A stretch of 64,000 nt of DNA from Kudoa neothunni (taxonomy: Eukaryota > Animalia > Cnidaria): the NCBI GenBank assembly GCA_964304625.1, contig OZ199840.1, forward strand, positions 6,978,336-7,042,335. Direction: 5' to 3'. Below, piece after piece: positions 50,501 to 63,288 of the stretch. The position numbers were made by a program, and so were the translations under genes. Numbering within the stretch: the first letter of the stretch is position 1; each line of letters starts with the position of its first letter. The notes under the pieces were generated by a model. The model searched no databases. It saw only the letters and a list, made by a program, of their open reading frames with translations, and was not told the DNA's origin.

Positions 50501-53149
50501 CCATCATGAACATGGTTGCATTTTGAACATAAAATACTGGATTATCTACATTACGCTATTTTTATTAATCAAACATAAACTTAAATTGAATAAATAACGA
50601 ACATGTGTATCGAAAAAAGAAATGTAGGTGCCATTTTGACCAGGCGCTAATCCAGATTTCAAGGTATTTTTATCCGAAAATTCTAGAAAAAAGTTGTTAT
50701 GGATTGCGTTTTCTGGAATTTCGGTTAAACAAAATTTTTTTATTTAGAATCTACATCATTTTCAAATAAATTTTAAGGAATCGTTCGGATAACGCGATTT
50801 TCGGATAAACGGGGTTCGACTGTATAATGGGAATGAGTTGTCTCTTTCTCTCGCGATCGTAAGGTGTTCAAATTAGTCACGCACTTTTTTCTTGGTCCCT
50901 GAGGGTTTGCGTGAAACCGGTCGCCTATTGTATTCTATGAGTGAAAATTTAATTAATCATGAATAATATTTTTTTACAAATAGAAAGATCACTAATAAAA
51001 GATTGCTTTTTAAATTTTGAGCATACCTTAAAAAATTAGGTTTGTGTGAAACGTTTATCATAGAATGAAAATCTTATTTTTCCTTCTTTATTTTATTATT
51101 AAAAAATAATAAGCTAAAATAATATATTTCAAAACAAAAATATCTCAACATAGACATTTGATAAACTACAACAATAAGACTACTAAATATTTGTTATGAT
51201 GGTGATATTTTTACGCTATTCTATCGTAAATCATCTTAGGAATTTCACTTTTATATTAATATATACTTTTCAATCAAAAAAATTCGTTTCTGTTTGATGG
51301 TATGAGGCGGAATTTTACAGCAAAAATAAGTAATATTGTCAATAAAGACATTTTAGCTGATTTTTTTGATTAATAATTTGTCAAGTGAAACACCTAAAGC
51401 AATAATTAAAACATTTTGGTGTAATTGGTAAGATTAAGACCACATATAAGTTCTATGGGATTAGAAATGTCGAAAAAATCTCATCCTCGTTATAAAGATC
51501 ACATATCTAACCCTCCAAGGTTTAACTAACGATTATTAAATGTAACGTTTAGGCCATCTCAAAGGTCCATTGGAAGATTGGGTTGAAACGTTTGATGGAA
51601 AAGTCAAATTGTTGAGACTGGAAACTCATGATGGTTTAATCACAGCAAAGAATGCAGGAGCGGCTGTTGCTCGAGGGCAAGTGTTGGTTTTTCTTGATTC
51701 TCATTGTGAAGCAACTGAAGGATGGCTACAACCATTACTTGATCCCATTGTAGAGGATTACAGAGTTGTAACAGCTCCAATCATCGATGTTATTAGTACG
51801 GACTTTTTTTGTGATAAACTTAATAAAATCGTGTACGTGAATATTTTAATTATGTTGTTCATTAGAGCACGAAACGTTTGAATATATTCCTGGGTATAGC
51901 CGGGTACGTGGGACATTCAGCTGGTTGTTTTATTACAAGGAAAGGAACGAAAAGAAATTTAAAATAAAAAAAAACTCTGATAATATTAAGTAACATTCTA
52001 AAGAGTGTATGTCTACAATAATTCTCAATAGGTCGCCGGTGATGGCTGGTGGACTTTTTGCGATAGCCAAAAGATGGTGGCACGAAATAGGCGAATATGA
52101 TCCTGAATTGTATGTTTGGGGAGGCGAACAATATGAGATCTCATTCAAAGTATTTTTGCGTAATGTAAAATACGATTCTAGCCGCTCTCTATATATTAGA
52201 TATGGATGTGTGGAGGAATGTTATTAAATGTACCATGTTCACATGTTGGACATATTTATCGTGGTCCAGGTTTGATTCGTCAACAACAAAATATAAATTC
52301 AAGACATCCGAATTCGTTGATGATTAACTATAAGAGAGTTGCAGAGGTGTGGATGGACGATTACAAAAATTTCCTTTACATGAATCACAAAGGAATTGCT
52401 AATGCTAAGATTGGTGCTGGAATTGAATTTCGCAAACAACTCCGTGATTCCTTACAGTGTAAGAGTTTTCAATGGTATCTGAAGAATATTGTCGCTGACA
52501 CCCTGGACACAAGATATGAACCTGATTTAGGATATGGTTCGGTATGTTTCAACAACAAAATTCTTATTTTGCAACAATCAACATGTTTCGATATCTATTC
52601 TTGTAAATAACAAGTTAAACGTATTTTTTTAGGTGACAAGTTCAGATTCCAACAATCAAATGTGTATATGTCCAAACGGTCTTAATCAGCCACTTTCCTA
52701 TAAGCGTTGTAGTTCTTGTCACAATGTAGTTTACCTTTGCTAGCTTGTATGTATTCTTAATAATTATGTTAGATTTGGAGATACACTTGGATCGGGGAAT
52801 TCAAAGAAGATGAACATTGTTGGGATTATCACCCCAAAGATTCTATAGTTTATAATGTTTTTTGTCACGAACAGCGGGGAAATCAATATTTTAAATACGA
52901 TAAAGTATTCTTAAGTATCCTTTTTCCAGAAACGTTAGCAATGATTCATGCTAGGTCTCAAAGCAAATTCGAGCTGTTTCGACATATGATAAATGTGTCG
53001 CTGCTTCAAAAACTGGCTCATCAATCACTGTTCTGTCTTGTAATGAAAATAATCCCAATTACATAAATAAATGGGAAGTATCACTTGTGGACAATTCGAA
53101 GCCTCCCAACTGGTCAAATCTGGCGCTGCATCCACCACGTACACAATAG
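44551..53149 (+). CDS. Polypeptide N-acetylgalactosaminyltransferase (GALNT10/7-like), 9 exons
   Basis: Exons 44551-44897, 44943-45109, 51553-51795, 51866-51989, 52032-52149, 52200-52541, then three short ricin-lectin exons from 52633 to TAG 53149. N-terminal [26 protein letters not shown] (DxH), [28 protein letters not shown]. All junctions are in frame. Confidence 0.95.
46790..47849 (-). mobile_element. Compact 1060-bp Merlin (type B) with 32-bp TIRs and an open 303-aa transposase ORF (46859-47770)
   Basis: GGCTAATTTACCGTCTACGTGCCCAGCGTTCG vs CGAACGTTGGACACGTATACTGTAAATTAGCC (4 mismatches). [29 protein letters not shown]. Confidence 0.92.
48100..50165 (-). mobile_element. Decayed piggyBac in GALNT intron 2
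   Basis: [51 protein letters not shown]. 5' terminus tggggtcttttagacccca..ttagaagg at 50133-50165. Other end not found. Confidence 0.85.
50866..50932. mobile_element. Solo diverged right end related to the 39013-41090 Tigger
   Basis: cgcacttttttcttggtccctgagggtttgcg...ttgTA aligns with 41040-41092. Confidence 0.5.
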
Positions 53150-53387
53150 TTTTTTGAATTTTCAGACTTGATTCTTTTTTTTCAAATCAAAATTTTAAAT
53201 GAAATATTTCACTTTATACATATAAGTATTATATTTATTGTCTTAGCCCTTTCAGTTTTTTGCATGACGTTGAAAAATACATCCTCATTGTTGGGGATGC
53301 ATTCTAATAAATGACTACAAAGGTTATTAAAGTATCACTTCAACCTTTCATCAAAATAACTTTTCCAATTTTTACTTTAATTATTTT

Positions 53388-55229
53388 TTATAAATTATCC
53401 CTATACAGTTCAACAGGGCTTGTATGTAATGAGTCAGGGAATATAGTCTTATTTCGTGAAATCACCATATTTATTACGTAATAGTCTACACACGCAAACG
53501 CATCGTTGTTTTTCAAAAAATTCTTTGTATACTTGATTTCGTTGGAAGAAAGTTTGGCGTCTGTGCGTCTATTTTTAAATTGATTCATTAATTTTCAAGT
53601 GTAATAAATCGAGCGAATCGATATTCCATTTGTGATCGAAAAAACTTCCGAATGATTCATTTGATGAACTAAGGAATAATTACACGATCGCAAAATATTA
53701 AGACAAAAGCTATTCCCATGCAATAAAAAAGTATTTATGTTGTTTCTCATTTGTTCGACTTAAATATCTCAAAAATATTCATGTTATCCAATTTATAATG
53801 GCTTTAAAAAAATTCTGTAAATTTTGTTGACTTTTAGATTCGTTTATTATACGATTATCCTCCTTTTCTAAGTTAAAAATAAATTTGGTTTGGGTCGAAT
53901 TTCGACGTTTTAAGAATCTAAATAGATCTTTGTAATATTCCAGAGCTTGACCAATTGAAATAGATGGAGCCGAAATTTCCGGTTAATCTTCATCGGATGG
54001 GGTTTCGTCATCAGCTTAATTATTTTTTATAAACATAAGTTAAAAACCATTTTACTGCGGATTTACAAATAATTGTTTTTCCAATCTCCATACCCTTAGG
54101 ACTTTCTAGGTCAATAATTTCATGAGTGATGTTATTTGGGATAATAGAGTTATCTAATCCCCCTTCACAGTCAAAAAAATGATTTTTGGAACAAGTTGTT
54201 ATTGTCCCCTTCTTTATCTTCTTTCATGCCATTCAAAATTGTTCCCATAATAATGTCAAGTATATCGATAGTCATAGGGTTGAGAATATTGGCCTTCAAT
54301 TGATTTAATAACCTTTTGGATACAAATTCTTTAAAATAAAGGTTGTGTCTATTTTTCCGGACGCGATTTTTCTTCTAGAATAATAATTCCATCATCACCA
54401 TCTTTTTTCCAAAAAATATCTGTTATAAATGCAGAATATAAATTTAGTTTCATTAGTTCAAGGACGTACTTTAACATAGCTAATTGTTATCAATAGAATC
54501 CAAATAAAACCAAGATGTTGTATTACTATTTTATCCATTTACTTTTTACGATTCTTACAATAAGATAAATATTTCCACGGAATGATTTATAAATCATTAA
54601 AATTTAATAAAATATTGAATTTTCTACTTTTTAATTTGTAAACAATTGGTACTGTGTAACTTCGTATAAACTTACATTTGAATCCTATATATCGATTTTG
54701 TTATATTATCATCATTATAATAAAAAAATTCACTGCCAAAATCTATAACTGTTTGTAATACACCTTTTGGTATACTTCTCGAATTCATTACTGTTGGGGA
54801 CTTTATTCCTATAATTTTGTGAATTTCGCAACAGATGACATTTACATAACTATTAAAGATGGATTATTTAACTGTAGAATCATTTACAATATCTAAGATT
54901 TCCATATCAGTTATTTATGTCATTATCTCGAACTGTTTTTTGTATATCCACCCGCTCCGTTCATGATTCCTCAGTAACGAAATGTTAAACAAAATTTTCC
55001 CAAACACTTTCATTACATTTGGATCTGAAATATCTTGAATGTTTCTGATAATAGATTCAGACGTTAATTCGGACTCGATTATGTTGATATATAAACAGTA
55101 GAAAAACTGAGCTACCTTATTCAAAGAATCACCATTGAAAATGAGCAAGAATAATTCATCAAAAATCTTTGTTAATAATTCATGTTGAGTCTCCCTTTGT
55201 TCAAACCTCAGTGATGCTATTTTTTGCAA
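53388..55229 (-). other. Unidentified, probably decayed or lineage-specific coding region
   Basis: Several co-oriented protein-like fragments (54915-55229, ~54170-54340, 53388-53588). No family recognised. Confidence 0.3.
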
Positions 55230-56389
55230 AGAATTTAAGCATCAAATATCGATTAAATGTAGAATTCGGAGCAGATCATTGACTCGAAATTTATGTAATA
55301 GCTGGCTACACACAACACATGATTCTAAATATGTATATCTTTGATCATTTGAATAAATGATATGTAATATTTCTTATTCTACGTCATATTACATATTTTT
55401 TGTCATATAAATCCATATTCATTTTCTTTCTAATAGAGATAATATGTCTACATGATAACTTTATACTTAATTAGAAGCCACATGTGCAACTATGGAATAT
55501 GATTCGATTTAATTATCTATTTTAACTTACATAATATTGTGTGCATATAACGTTAATGATGTGTTGTGTCTTATGTTAACGTCTGAGTTTAATTTTTCAA
55601 CAGTTTGTGTTGTTAACTCTCTAACTACTTTACCCTCCCTCCCACTCAGTCCTCATACTTGATACATAAACTAGCAAACCCATTGCAGAACTTCGATTGT
55701 TTAAAATTTTATGGAATATCCGACCAAGTAACCAAAGTGCTCCCGATTGTAGTACGTATCCATTGATTCTTTAGCCTTTACAAAGTTCAGGAATGTATCA
55801 CCAACCTCTAGATCTGGTATAATATCTTGGCATAAATAGCGTTTGGTCAGACTCTCCTCCCATAATGATTGAACTCGGTACTATCCACGTTACAGTTGTA
55901 TTTTAAAGGTCATTTTACTCGTTTATGGCGTTATACTACACACAGTTAGCTTTGTTAGAAAAATATACACTGATTCATCGAAAACTTAAAGTATTTTGTA
56001 TTGATACTTAACGATAATTAAGAATATTCTCGATGCATTTGGATGCCTAACTATCAACTAAGAAATAAATGAAACTGAATTTATATTCTGCATTTATAAC
56101 GGATATTTTTTAGAAAAAATGATAATGATTGAATTATTATTCAAGAAAAAAAAATCGCGTCCGGCAAAATGGACACTGCCTAAAATAAATCCTAAAATTT
56201 GGGGAAATTTATTGATCTAAAGGTTAGGGAAAACTGTTTGTGTCTTTAAAAATGTAACAAATTTTATATTTTGTAGTATAAAAATTGGATGGAACGTGAA
56301 ATTATTCAAATAATATTAATTTTTCTTTTTTTTCTTGTCAATCAAGTTTTTATTGTGGTTAATATATTGAATGAATAAGAATAAAGTAA

Positions 56390-57240
56390 TTAAAGCCTCC
56401 TCGTTCGAATTCATTCAACGCAGAAGACAACTCTTTGAAACATCTCGGCTTAACATATTTTCCAGTTTCGAGAAAGGAGGTAATTTTTGGTCAATGATTG
56501 GACAACCAAGAATAATTGTTTAAAGATTCTTAGTCAGTTTCATCCCTATGATATCTTATTCCGTTCACAACTATGTAGCCTCTATCCAAAAATAAAATCA
56601 AAAAAATTATAAACTTTTACTTCGCCAAAGAAAGAGTCTTGTCTCATTTATGTTAAAAACATTCTCAGGCCACCACTTCTCGAGAATATTATGAAGTTTC
56701 TTCTTCCATTCTATGACTGTTTCGACAGGAACACTTCCAACCTCACTATGAAAAGTAATGAATTTTAGATTAAACCTGCTTTAGAATCCTTGAAACAATC
56801 AACGGTTAATACGATCGCTATTATTGTCGTTTTCCTTTGAAGTAAGTCTTCTCGTCATCGCATTGACTATCAAAGCTAAAAATCCGCCCTTTTCCCTTAT
56901 TTCCAGTTCCCACTTATAAAATTTATTATCAATATCATTATTGAGGTCCTTTCATATGGTTTTTAGAGAATTGTTCAAAAGTCTTAAACTTCCTAAGTTC
57001 AAAATTATCTCTCATTAATATCTCATCCAATATTGGCATTCTTTTTAGGCCACACGTACCCATAATCACGTGCATAAGATCTCTAACTCGCATACTAAAT
57101 CATAATGTTGAGTTATTTCATATATCATCTGAAGGTTTTTATGATTTCGCGTTTTATTAGATTCTATTGTTTCCTCGATTACTTAAGCAGCATCTAAAAT
57201 GTATTTTCGGGTATAATTCCCATTAAGTAGAATCACTGTA
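56390..57240 (-). pseudogene. Heavily decayed Tigger transposase
   Basis: LHNILEKWWPENVFNINETRLF (~56630-56700), IILGCP..QKLP, GKYVKPRCFK (~56435). Boundaries approximate. Confidence 0.7.
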
Positions 57241-58740
57241 TACATACCAGCCATGTTTTATATTTATTTTGTTTAAAGTAAAGTAAATTTTTTTATGTTT
57301 ATTCAATTGATAACTAAGGGCATTTTCCTCATTATAAATGAGAATTAGAAAATTCAAATTTAGTTTAATGTAAAAAATGTAGCGATTACGTACGACCCCT
57401 GTTGCATTGTATTTCTCTTTTTGGCGGCTATACACGGTTTAACTCAAGTCTGACGGTAAAAATCCTCGTATCGTCCATGGACGGTTATAAAGATAACTAT
57501 TTATTAAAAATATAAAATCGATTATTTTATCTAAGTTTTTGAGTGTAACATCCACATCACAATTAATCTACTTAAGTCGTTAATTTCGGCTTAATCAATT
57601 AATTAAAAAAATTGTTTTAACGTTTAATTCGAGTTTTGTCGAATGTCAACTGCTGGCGGGTTGATAAATAAATTAACTTTGACCTCCAATATAAAAACGA
57701 TATTTGCCTACCATATACTCAGATATAGTAGTTTGATGAATGTTGTTTTAGGATACGTTTATATTAGAAGCGTCATACCTTGAATCGTCAAAATTTCATT
57801 CATTAATACAACACAACCATTTATACCAACTTACAAGGAAAACAAATATTTAAAGAAGGATACCTCCCTAATCACTTATCTTTAAAACACAACAAAGGAA
57901 ATAAAAAGAATAAATTTTTTATCTGTATGCAAGCACTAGAATTGACATCAAAATTGCTGCAATAGATAGCCACAATAATATAATAATATCCGATGTCGGA
58001 ACATATTAAGATTGCCGAAAAATATATTAAAAAGTCATTCACAATATCCAGTTTGTAGATTATTGGCAGATGGGTATCATTATGACGGTAAACTATCGGG
58101 AAAGTTGGAAAATATATAAACAGGATTGGTAAAAAAATATGCGCAAATAGTTATCACTCCAGACGAAATGTTCTGATAAAATACTATGTTATTATATTTT
58201 GAGTTGGTGATCAGATTAGCTAAATTTTTATTTTACAGCAATATAACAACAGAAATTTAATTTTAATCAAATAGTGTAATTTTTTTAAAGAGAACTCAAC
58301 GGGTGGGTAGTAGATGTGATGAATATTGCGCTCAAGTAATCCTCTTAAGTTTAGTTAATTGTGATCCATAGATTTATTAGGTCCAAAATAATTTAAAATA
58401 TTAGCTGCTAATGTGGTTGCTAATAGAATACAATTATATTTATTTATTTGAATGTGGCAAAAACTGATTGTAAGAACTTTTTGGTTAATTGAAAGACCGC
58501 GTCTATAGAAAGTAATTCTCGCTAATTAAGGTCGTGCCGCATTTGACACTTTACTAGATTGTTAAAATTGTCCTCTGCTAAAATAAAACCCATCCTTCCA
58601 TCCTATTAGATTTATTGATTCAACCTCAGATATCAACTTATATATACGATCTTAAGCAATATTATTATATAAAAGCTGGTAGCCGTTTAGTTGATTGACC
58701 TCGTCGTATAGGTTTGAGAATATTTGATTCTGTTAAATAA

Positions 58741-60593
58741 ATGAAGACTACCGGTATTGACAGCTATCTCCTTAAGATGATAACATTAACTTGTTCGCGT
58801 AGATCTCAAAGAGTTGGATCCCCCTGTGCAAGATGCAGATTCAAGCGCCAGAAATATACTGTACAACTATTACAAACTTCCGTTCGAATATCGATGCAAC
58901 TATGAAAATTCGCTAATCTTACGTGAACAAATACTGTATATGAAAGAGAAATCAATTTATCGAGAAAATTCAGTGCTTGAAAATATCTATATGGTGGACT
59001 ATGACAACTTTGCAGAACAGATTTTTCTGTTGTGTGCTGAATTCAATCTGTCCCACGAATGCAAATACAATGCATATGAGTTGTTTAAAAGGTGATGGTA
59101 GCAGCAATAATTTGCGTATACTGATAGTTGATTAGGTTTTTGTGTATCCATATTTTACAATTGATTAAAGCATTGAAGTAGATATGGTTGAAATGTTGAT
59201 TACAGGGTTATATATTTTATAGAACGCCGGAACATGAGCGATCCGAAGTAGACGATTACTGGGCATACATCAATGGAAAATTGAAGGAACAACTGTTGCT
59301 ACGAACTTTAAGTTGTGTACAAATTGCATCGAAGATGACTAATCGTAACGAAGTAAATTGATTTTATCCAATATTTACACAAAACACTTATTCCAATTTG
59401 TACTCAAGTGCATCTCAAATGAGACAATACATTCTTTCTTGAACCGAACCAACACACCTTTCACAATAGATGCTATAGCTAAATCGGAGCTTAGAGTTTT
59501 CAGTACAGTTGGGTTTAGAGCTGTAAAAGATGACAGCCTTTTCTCAAATTTCGAGTGCCATATGCTGGTTGTAGGTAAACAATTAAACTCTTCCATTGGT
59601 GGGAAAAATGTAATTTGTCCAGCTCGCCATTTATTAGAGTAGCGTTGTTGCTTAAACGTGCCAGTAGAAAAATTTGAATAGGCCTAATTTCGATTCTTAA
59701 ATAGCATCGTAAACGCAATAATTTTTCAATCAGTTACTACAGCTAAAAAATCAGTAATTATTATCAACAAAGTTTTAACTTGTGTTGTTCAATTATTTAT
59801 CTCTATTATCATTTGTGTGATTTTATTATTTAAATTTAATAACCTATAAAATTATTCATTTTAAAGTTTCAAACTAAAATATTCGTCCTACATCATCCTT
59901 TTTTATTAAATAGAGTTTTTTTATAAATAGTTAAATGAAACGGTTACAAAATTCAACTAGAAAATATAAACTGGGATCGTTCCATAATCAAGTTTTGTAA
60001 TGTTGTGTTAATTTTTAATACTAACTTTAAAAAATTTTCTTATCAAAGCAGCATTAAACCTGAAAAATCTTTGGATAGAAAACATTCGCATTTTCCCACT
60101 GCTGCTCTTCTTAGTTTTTTGAAAAAATAACGATAATTTAGAACAAAACGTTGAAGCGCTGAATCTGGATAGATTGTATGACGTAGCGCTAAAAGTTTTA
60201 GATATTGTACAAATTCATTGGAGTGTCATATTGAAAAGTTTCTTGGCATGCCTCGAGGGAATCTACGGTAGCCAACTCACCACCGACCAACAACGGCTCC
60301 AACTTCTCAACCACTATAATAACGAATGCTTGTCTAATTTGGAAGAGGCCAACTTTAAGCAGCTTGTCAAAAAATACACCAAAAATAATCATTTTGTCAT
60401 TAGCTGTGGTGTTATTGCAGCTGCTGTCTATCTTATGGAGAGGGAATTTACCGAAAGGGTTTTGCAGCATTAATTTCCTATGTTAATATTGCCTTAGGTT
60501 GTTCGGGCACTAGCCTCACACATCGATGTTGGCGTAGAAGCAGTCGCTATAGCAACCACTTACATCGTCATGTTTGTACATAACGGAGCCTAG
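58741..60593 (+). CDS. CNTD1: Cyclin N-terminal domain-containing protein 1 (COSA-1 ortholog)
   Basis: Seven exons with GT-AG introns. KYNAYELFKRF, QLLLRTLSCVQIASKM, ISNETIHSFL..SELRVFSTVGFR and VISCGVIAAA match the CNTD1 pattern. Confidence 0.85.
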
Positions 60594-60895
60594 CAAGCCC
60601 ATCCGTCCACCTAACAGCACACTCATATAATGAATTTAATTCATCAACTAACCGCATGAATGAATTAACTATTACTAAGCTTGAATTTCAGTTTCTTGTT
60701 TATCTCAAAACTCGCGGGCGCTCTTATAATATAAAGTTACAATTTATTAACTTGACTCAGAATGGATCGACATTCTAATAATAAGTTGGAAACAATTTTG
60801 AGAGAGATGAGCATACAAATAAGTATTGAAAAATTATATAACATAAAATAATCCATATTGTAGCAAACATTTTTCGAGTAGAGGAAATAAATCTT

Positions 60896-61598
60896 TCATA
60901 AAAGTTTAAGTTGACCACAAACTTCGTCAATCAATTCACAATGATCTAAAACCAACCGTTTTCACCTTCAAACGAACTTTGCTACATACCTGGCCCAACA
61001 GCGCAAGCAGTTATAGTATTTGGCTCGATTTGAGTTCTTCCTGCATCTCTTATCACGTAAGAAATTAAATTTTTATCCATAGCCATTTTGTGAATTTTTT
61101 TCCTTGACAATAATCATACTAATATCAACAATCACGCTAAATACAACTCGTCGCAGTTATTTGTTTTAAGGACAATTTTAGGACTTCCATCATTTTCCCA
61201 CATTTTTACTTTCTATCCACACAAATGAATAGAGAAAAATTCGATACAACGACAGCATATTGATACCTCGGGATTCACTCTTGATGAACTCTTGTATGCT
61301 GCAATGGCTGCATGACAACACTATAGTGAAAAAAAATAAAATTTTTAAAATAGAAAATAATTTAAATCACTTGCGATGAGATCTTCCCCTTACCCATCGA
61401 AAGGTCTGTACGTACAACTATCACCATCTTGTAACGATTACCGGTTACAAAAGTATCAACCACGTTTTTTAGGTGAAACGATCGACTTCTAGTGGTGTAA
61501 ATCTCTCTGAACAATGCCAACAACATAAATGTTATTAGCAACAGGGAGACAACTACAGGGATTGAGTTATTGGGTCCAACCAACCAGTCATACACCAT
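60896..61598 (-). CDS. PTRH2: Peptidyl-tRNA hydrolase 2, mitochondrial
   Basis: Five exons. N-terminal TM, YKMVIVVRTDLSMGKGKISSQ/CCHAAI, WENDGSPKIVLK, IRDAGRTQIEPNTITACAVGP, IDEVCGQLKLL*. Start codon tentative. Confidence 0.93.
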
Positions 61599-62101
61599 CA
61601 CTATGTGTCGTTTGCATTCGTCAGATCGGAGCAATCTGACTTGTTCCTTCTCACTCTCAATAACATCGTAACATAGTCACCGTTCGTTACCTATCTCCTA
61701 TTCATTATTTAATTTTATTTTGCTTTTACTATTTGATTCCTCAAAAAAATTCTCCAGGCATTAGCTCGATGGTTTGTTTTGTTATTTATTTGTTTACATA
61801 GTTATTGTCTTGAATTATTAATTATTAATACTTCAAACATGAAGTATAAGATTTAAAATGTTTTGCGACTGATTTACGAGCGAATAACTTAAGTTAAATT
61901 CATGGTTTGGTTATTAGCCCCATTAATAATAGCGAAGGGATATTTTTGGGCGACTGTCTCTCAAACTAATAAAAAAATAAAATCCCATATGAACGCAAAT
62001 TCTAGCTTATGAATGTATTATACGGCGAATTAAGACCATAGTCCACATCTTTTTAAGATTTCATGGGCGCATGCACTACCTGTATCCGCATTCGAGTCGA
62101 A
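61599..62101. promoter_or_regulatory. Probable bidirectional promoter of PTRH2 / MRPL35
   Basis: ~500-bp head-to-head spacing, with ggcgcatgcac at ~62066. Confidence 0.45.
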
Positions 62102-62573
62102 ATGATGAGTTTTGTGTTGAATAGGAGTCAGCTTAATTTGAAAAGTAGTTTGAATTTTTCATCATTATCTGTAAGATATTTAGTTCTCTTCAAAGGTGTT
62201 TTCAATCAAAATAATCATGTTGCTAACTTCAGTAGTATCCAAAAATTTGTTTTATCCCCTACTTTAACTTCAACACCAAAACTATACGAAATAAATATTC
62301 GTACAATGATTTATAAGAGTTGGAATAAAGGTGGGTTTGATTGAAAATTTTTAAGATATTAATTTTCTATTCTCAGGAAAAAGAAAAACTGTTCCTTGCC
62401 TTAAACGTAAAGTCCGAATGACTAGAAGTGGCAAATTCATGGTTCTTCCTGGAAACTATCGTAATCGTTACTTACTTCCACCACACAAAGCGCATAAAGA
62501 TAGAGGATATGAAATTATTTCTTCTGGGTGGAAATACAAACGTTTAAAGATGATGATTAATTGCAAACTTTAA
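62102..62573 (+). CDS. MRPL35: Mitochondrial ribosomal protein bL35m
   Basis: Exon 62102-62330, 46-bp intron 62331-62376, then exon 62377-62573. This gives IYKSWNKG/KRKTVPCLKRKVRMTRSGKF, similar to the MRPL35 YxSxxKGKRKTV motif, after a presequence-like N-terminus. Confidence 0.75.
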
Positions 62574-63288
62574 ATTATTTTTTCATTTTTCATACTCATG
62601 TATTTTCTAGAAATAGTTGCGCATAATTTTCGTGTCCGCTAGGTAGTTAATTAGAACTTTAAGTAAAGGTAATGGCTATATCCCAGGTAATCAATATCTC
62701 TTGAACTACCCGATATTGTTTGCCCATATTCCACATATCATCTAATGTTTATCTAACTTAATTTTTTGTAAATTTTTGAAAAATTAAAAAAAATTTTTTT
62801 TTGTGTGACTATGACCACACAAGTCCACCAGCAGCTGGGTACGATTTTTTATTTTTTTAATATAATTTCATCAATTAACATCATTATACAAATAATAATG
62901 ATTGTCTTTTTTTAAAAAATTAATATTCTTCACGTTTATGAAATAAAACTAATAATGAATTTAAATATTAGTTTAAGCGATCACTCAATAAAACAGCTTT
63001 CATATGACACATGTAGGGGATTATTCTCAAAATTAGATTTGTAGTATATGTATATAATTTTATTTCTTTTTCTTTATAATTCCGATTGCAGTTAAAAGAC
63101 TACCTCGTGGTCGACCAATCGATTTAACTTTTGAAGGAATCACTAGATCTAAACAAAATTTAACATAATTTTTTTAAGTTTAACCTTTTAATTGAGGTTC
63201 TTCTACGATGGCGTTTGATTCATCGTTCAAAAAATTTTAGTTTACTATAAATTAGATTTGCATTTGTTGTGTTTTTCATATTTTTTTA

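Larger units (their letters stand above)
46635..50822. mobile_element. Tc1/Tigger-type MITE shell containing nested Merlin and piggyBac
   Basis: TA|CAACCGAACCATTTTTATCCGAAAAT vs reverse complement of the right end, TA|CAGTCGAACCCCGTTTATCCGAAAAT. Confidence 0.6.

Noticed and set aside
57840-58620. Hydrophobic, possibly membrane-protein-like fragments on the minus strand
   Set aside because: I could not assemble a consistent exon chain, and AT-rich DNA yields such peptides by chance.
60296-60345. Possible GC-AG intron within a CNTD1 exon
   Set aside because: No acceptor keeps the frame, and the segment reads through without a stop.
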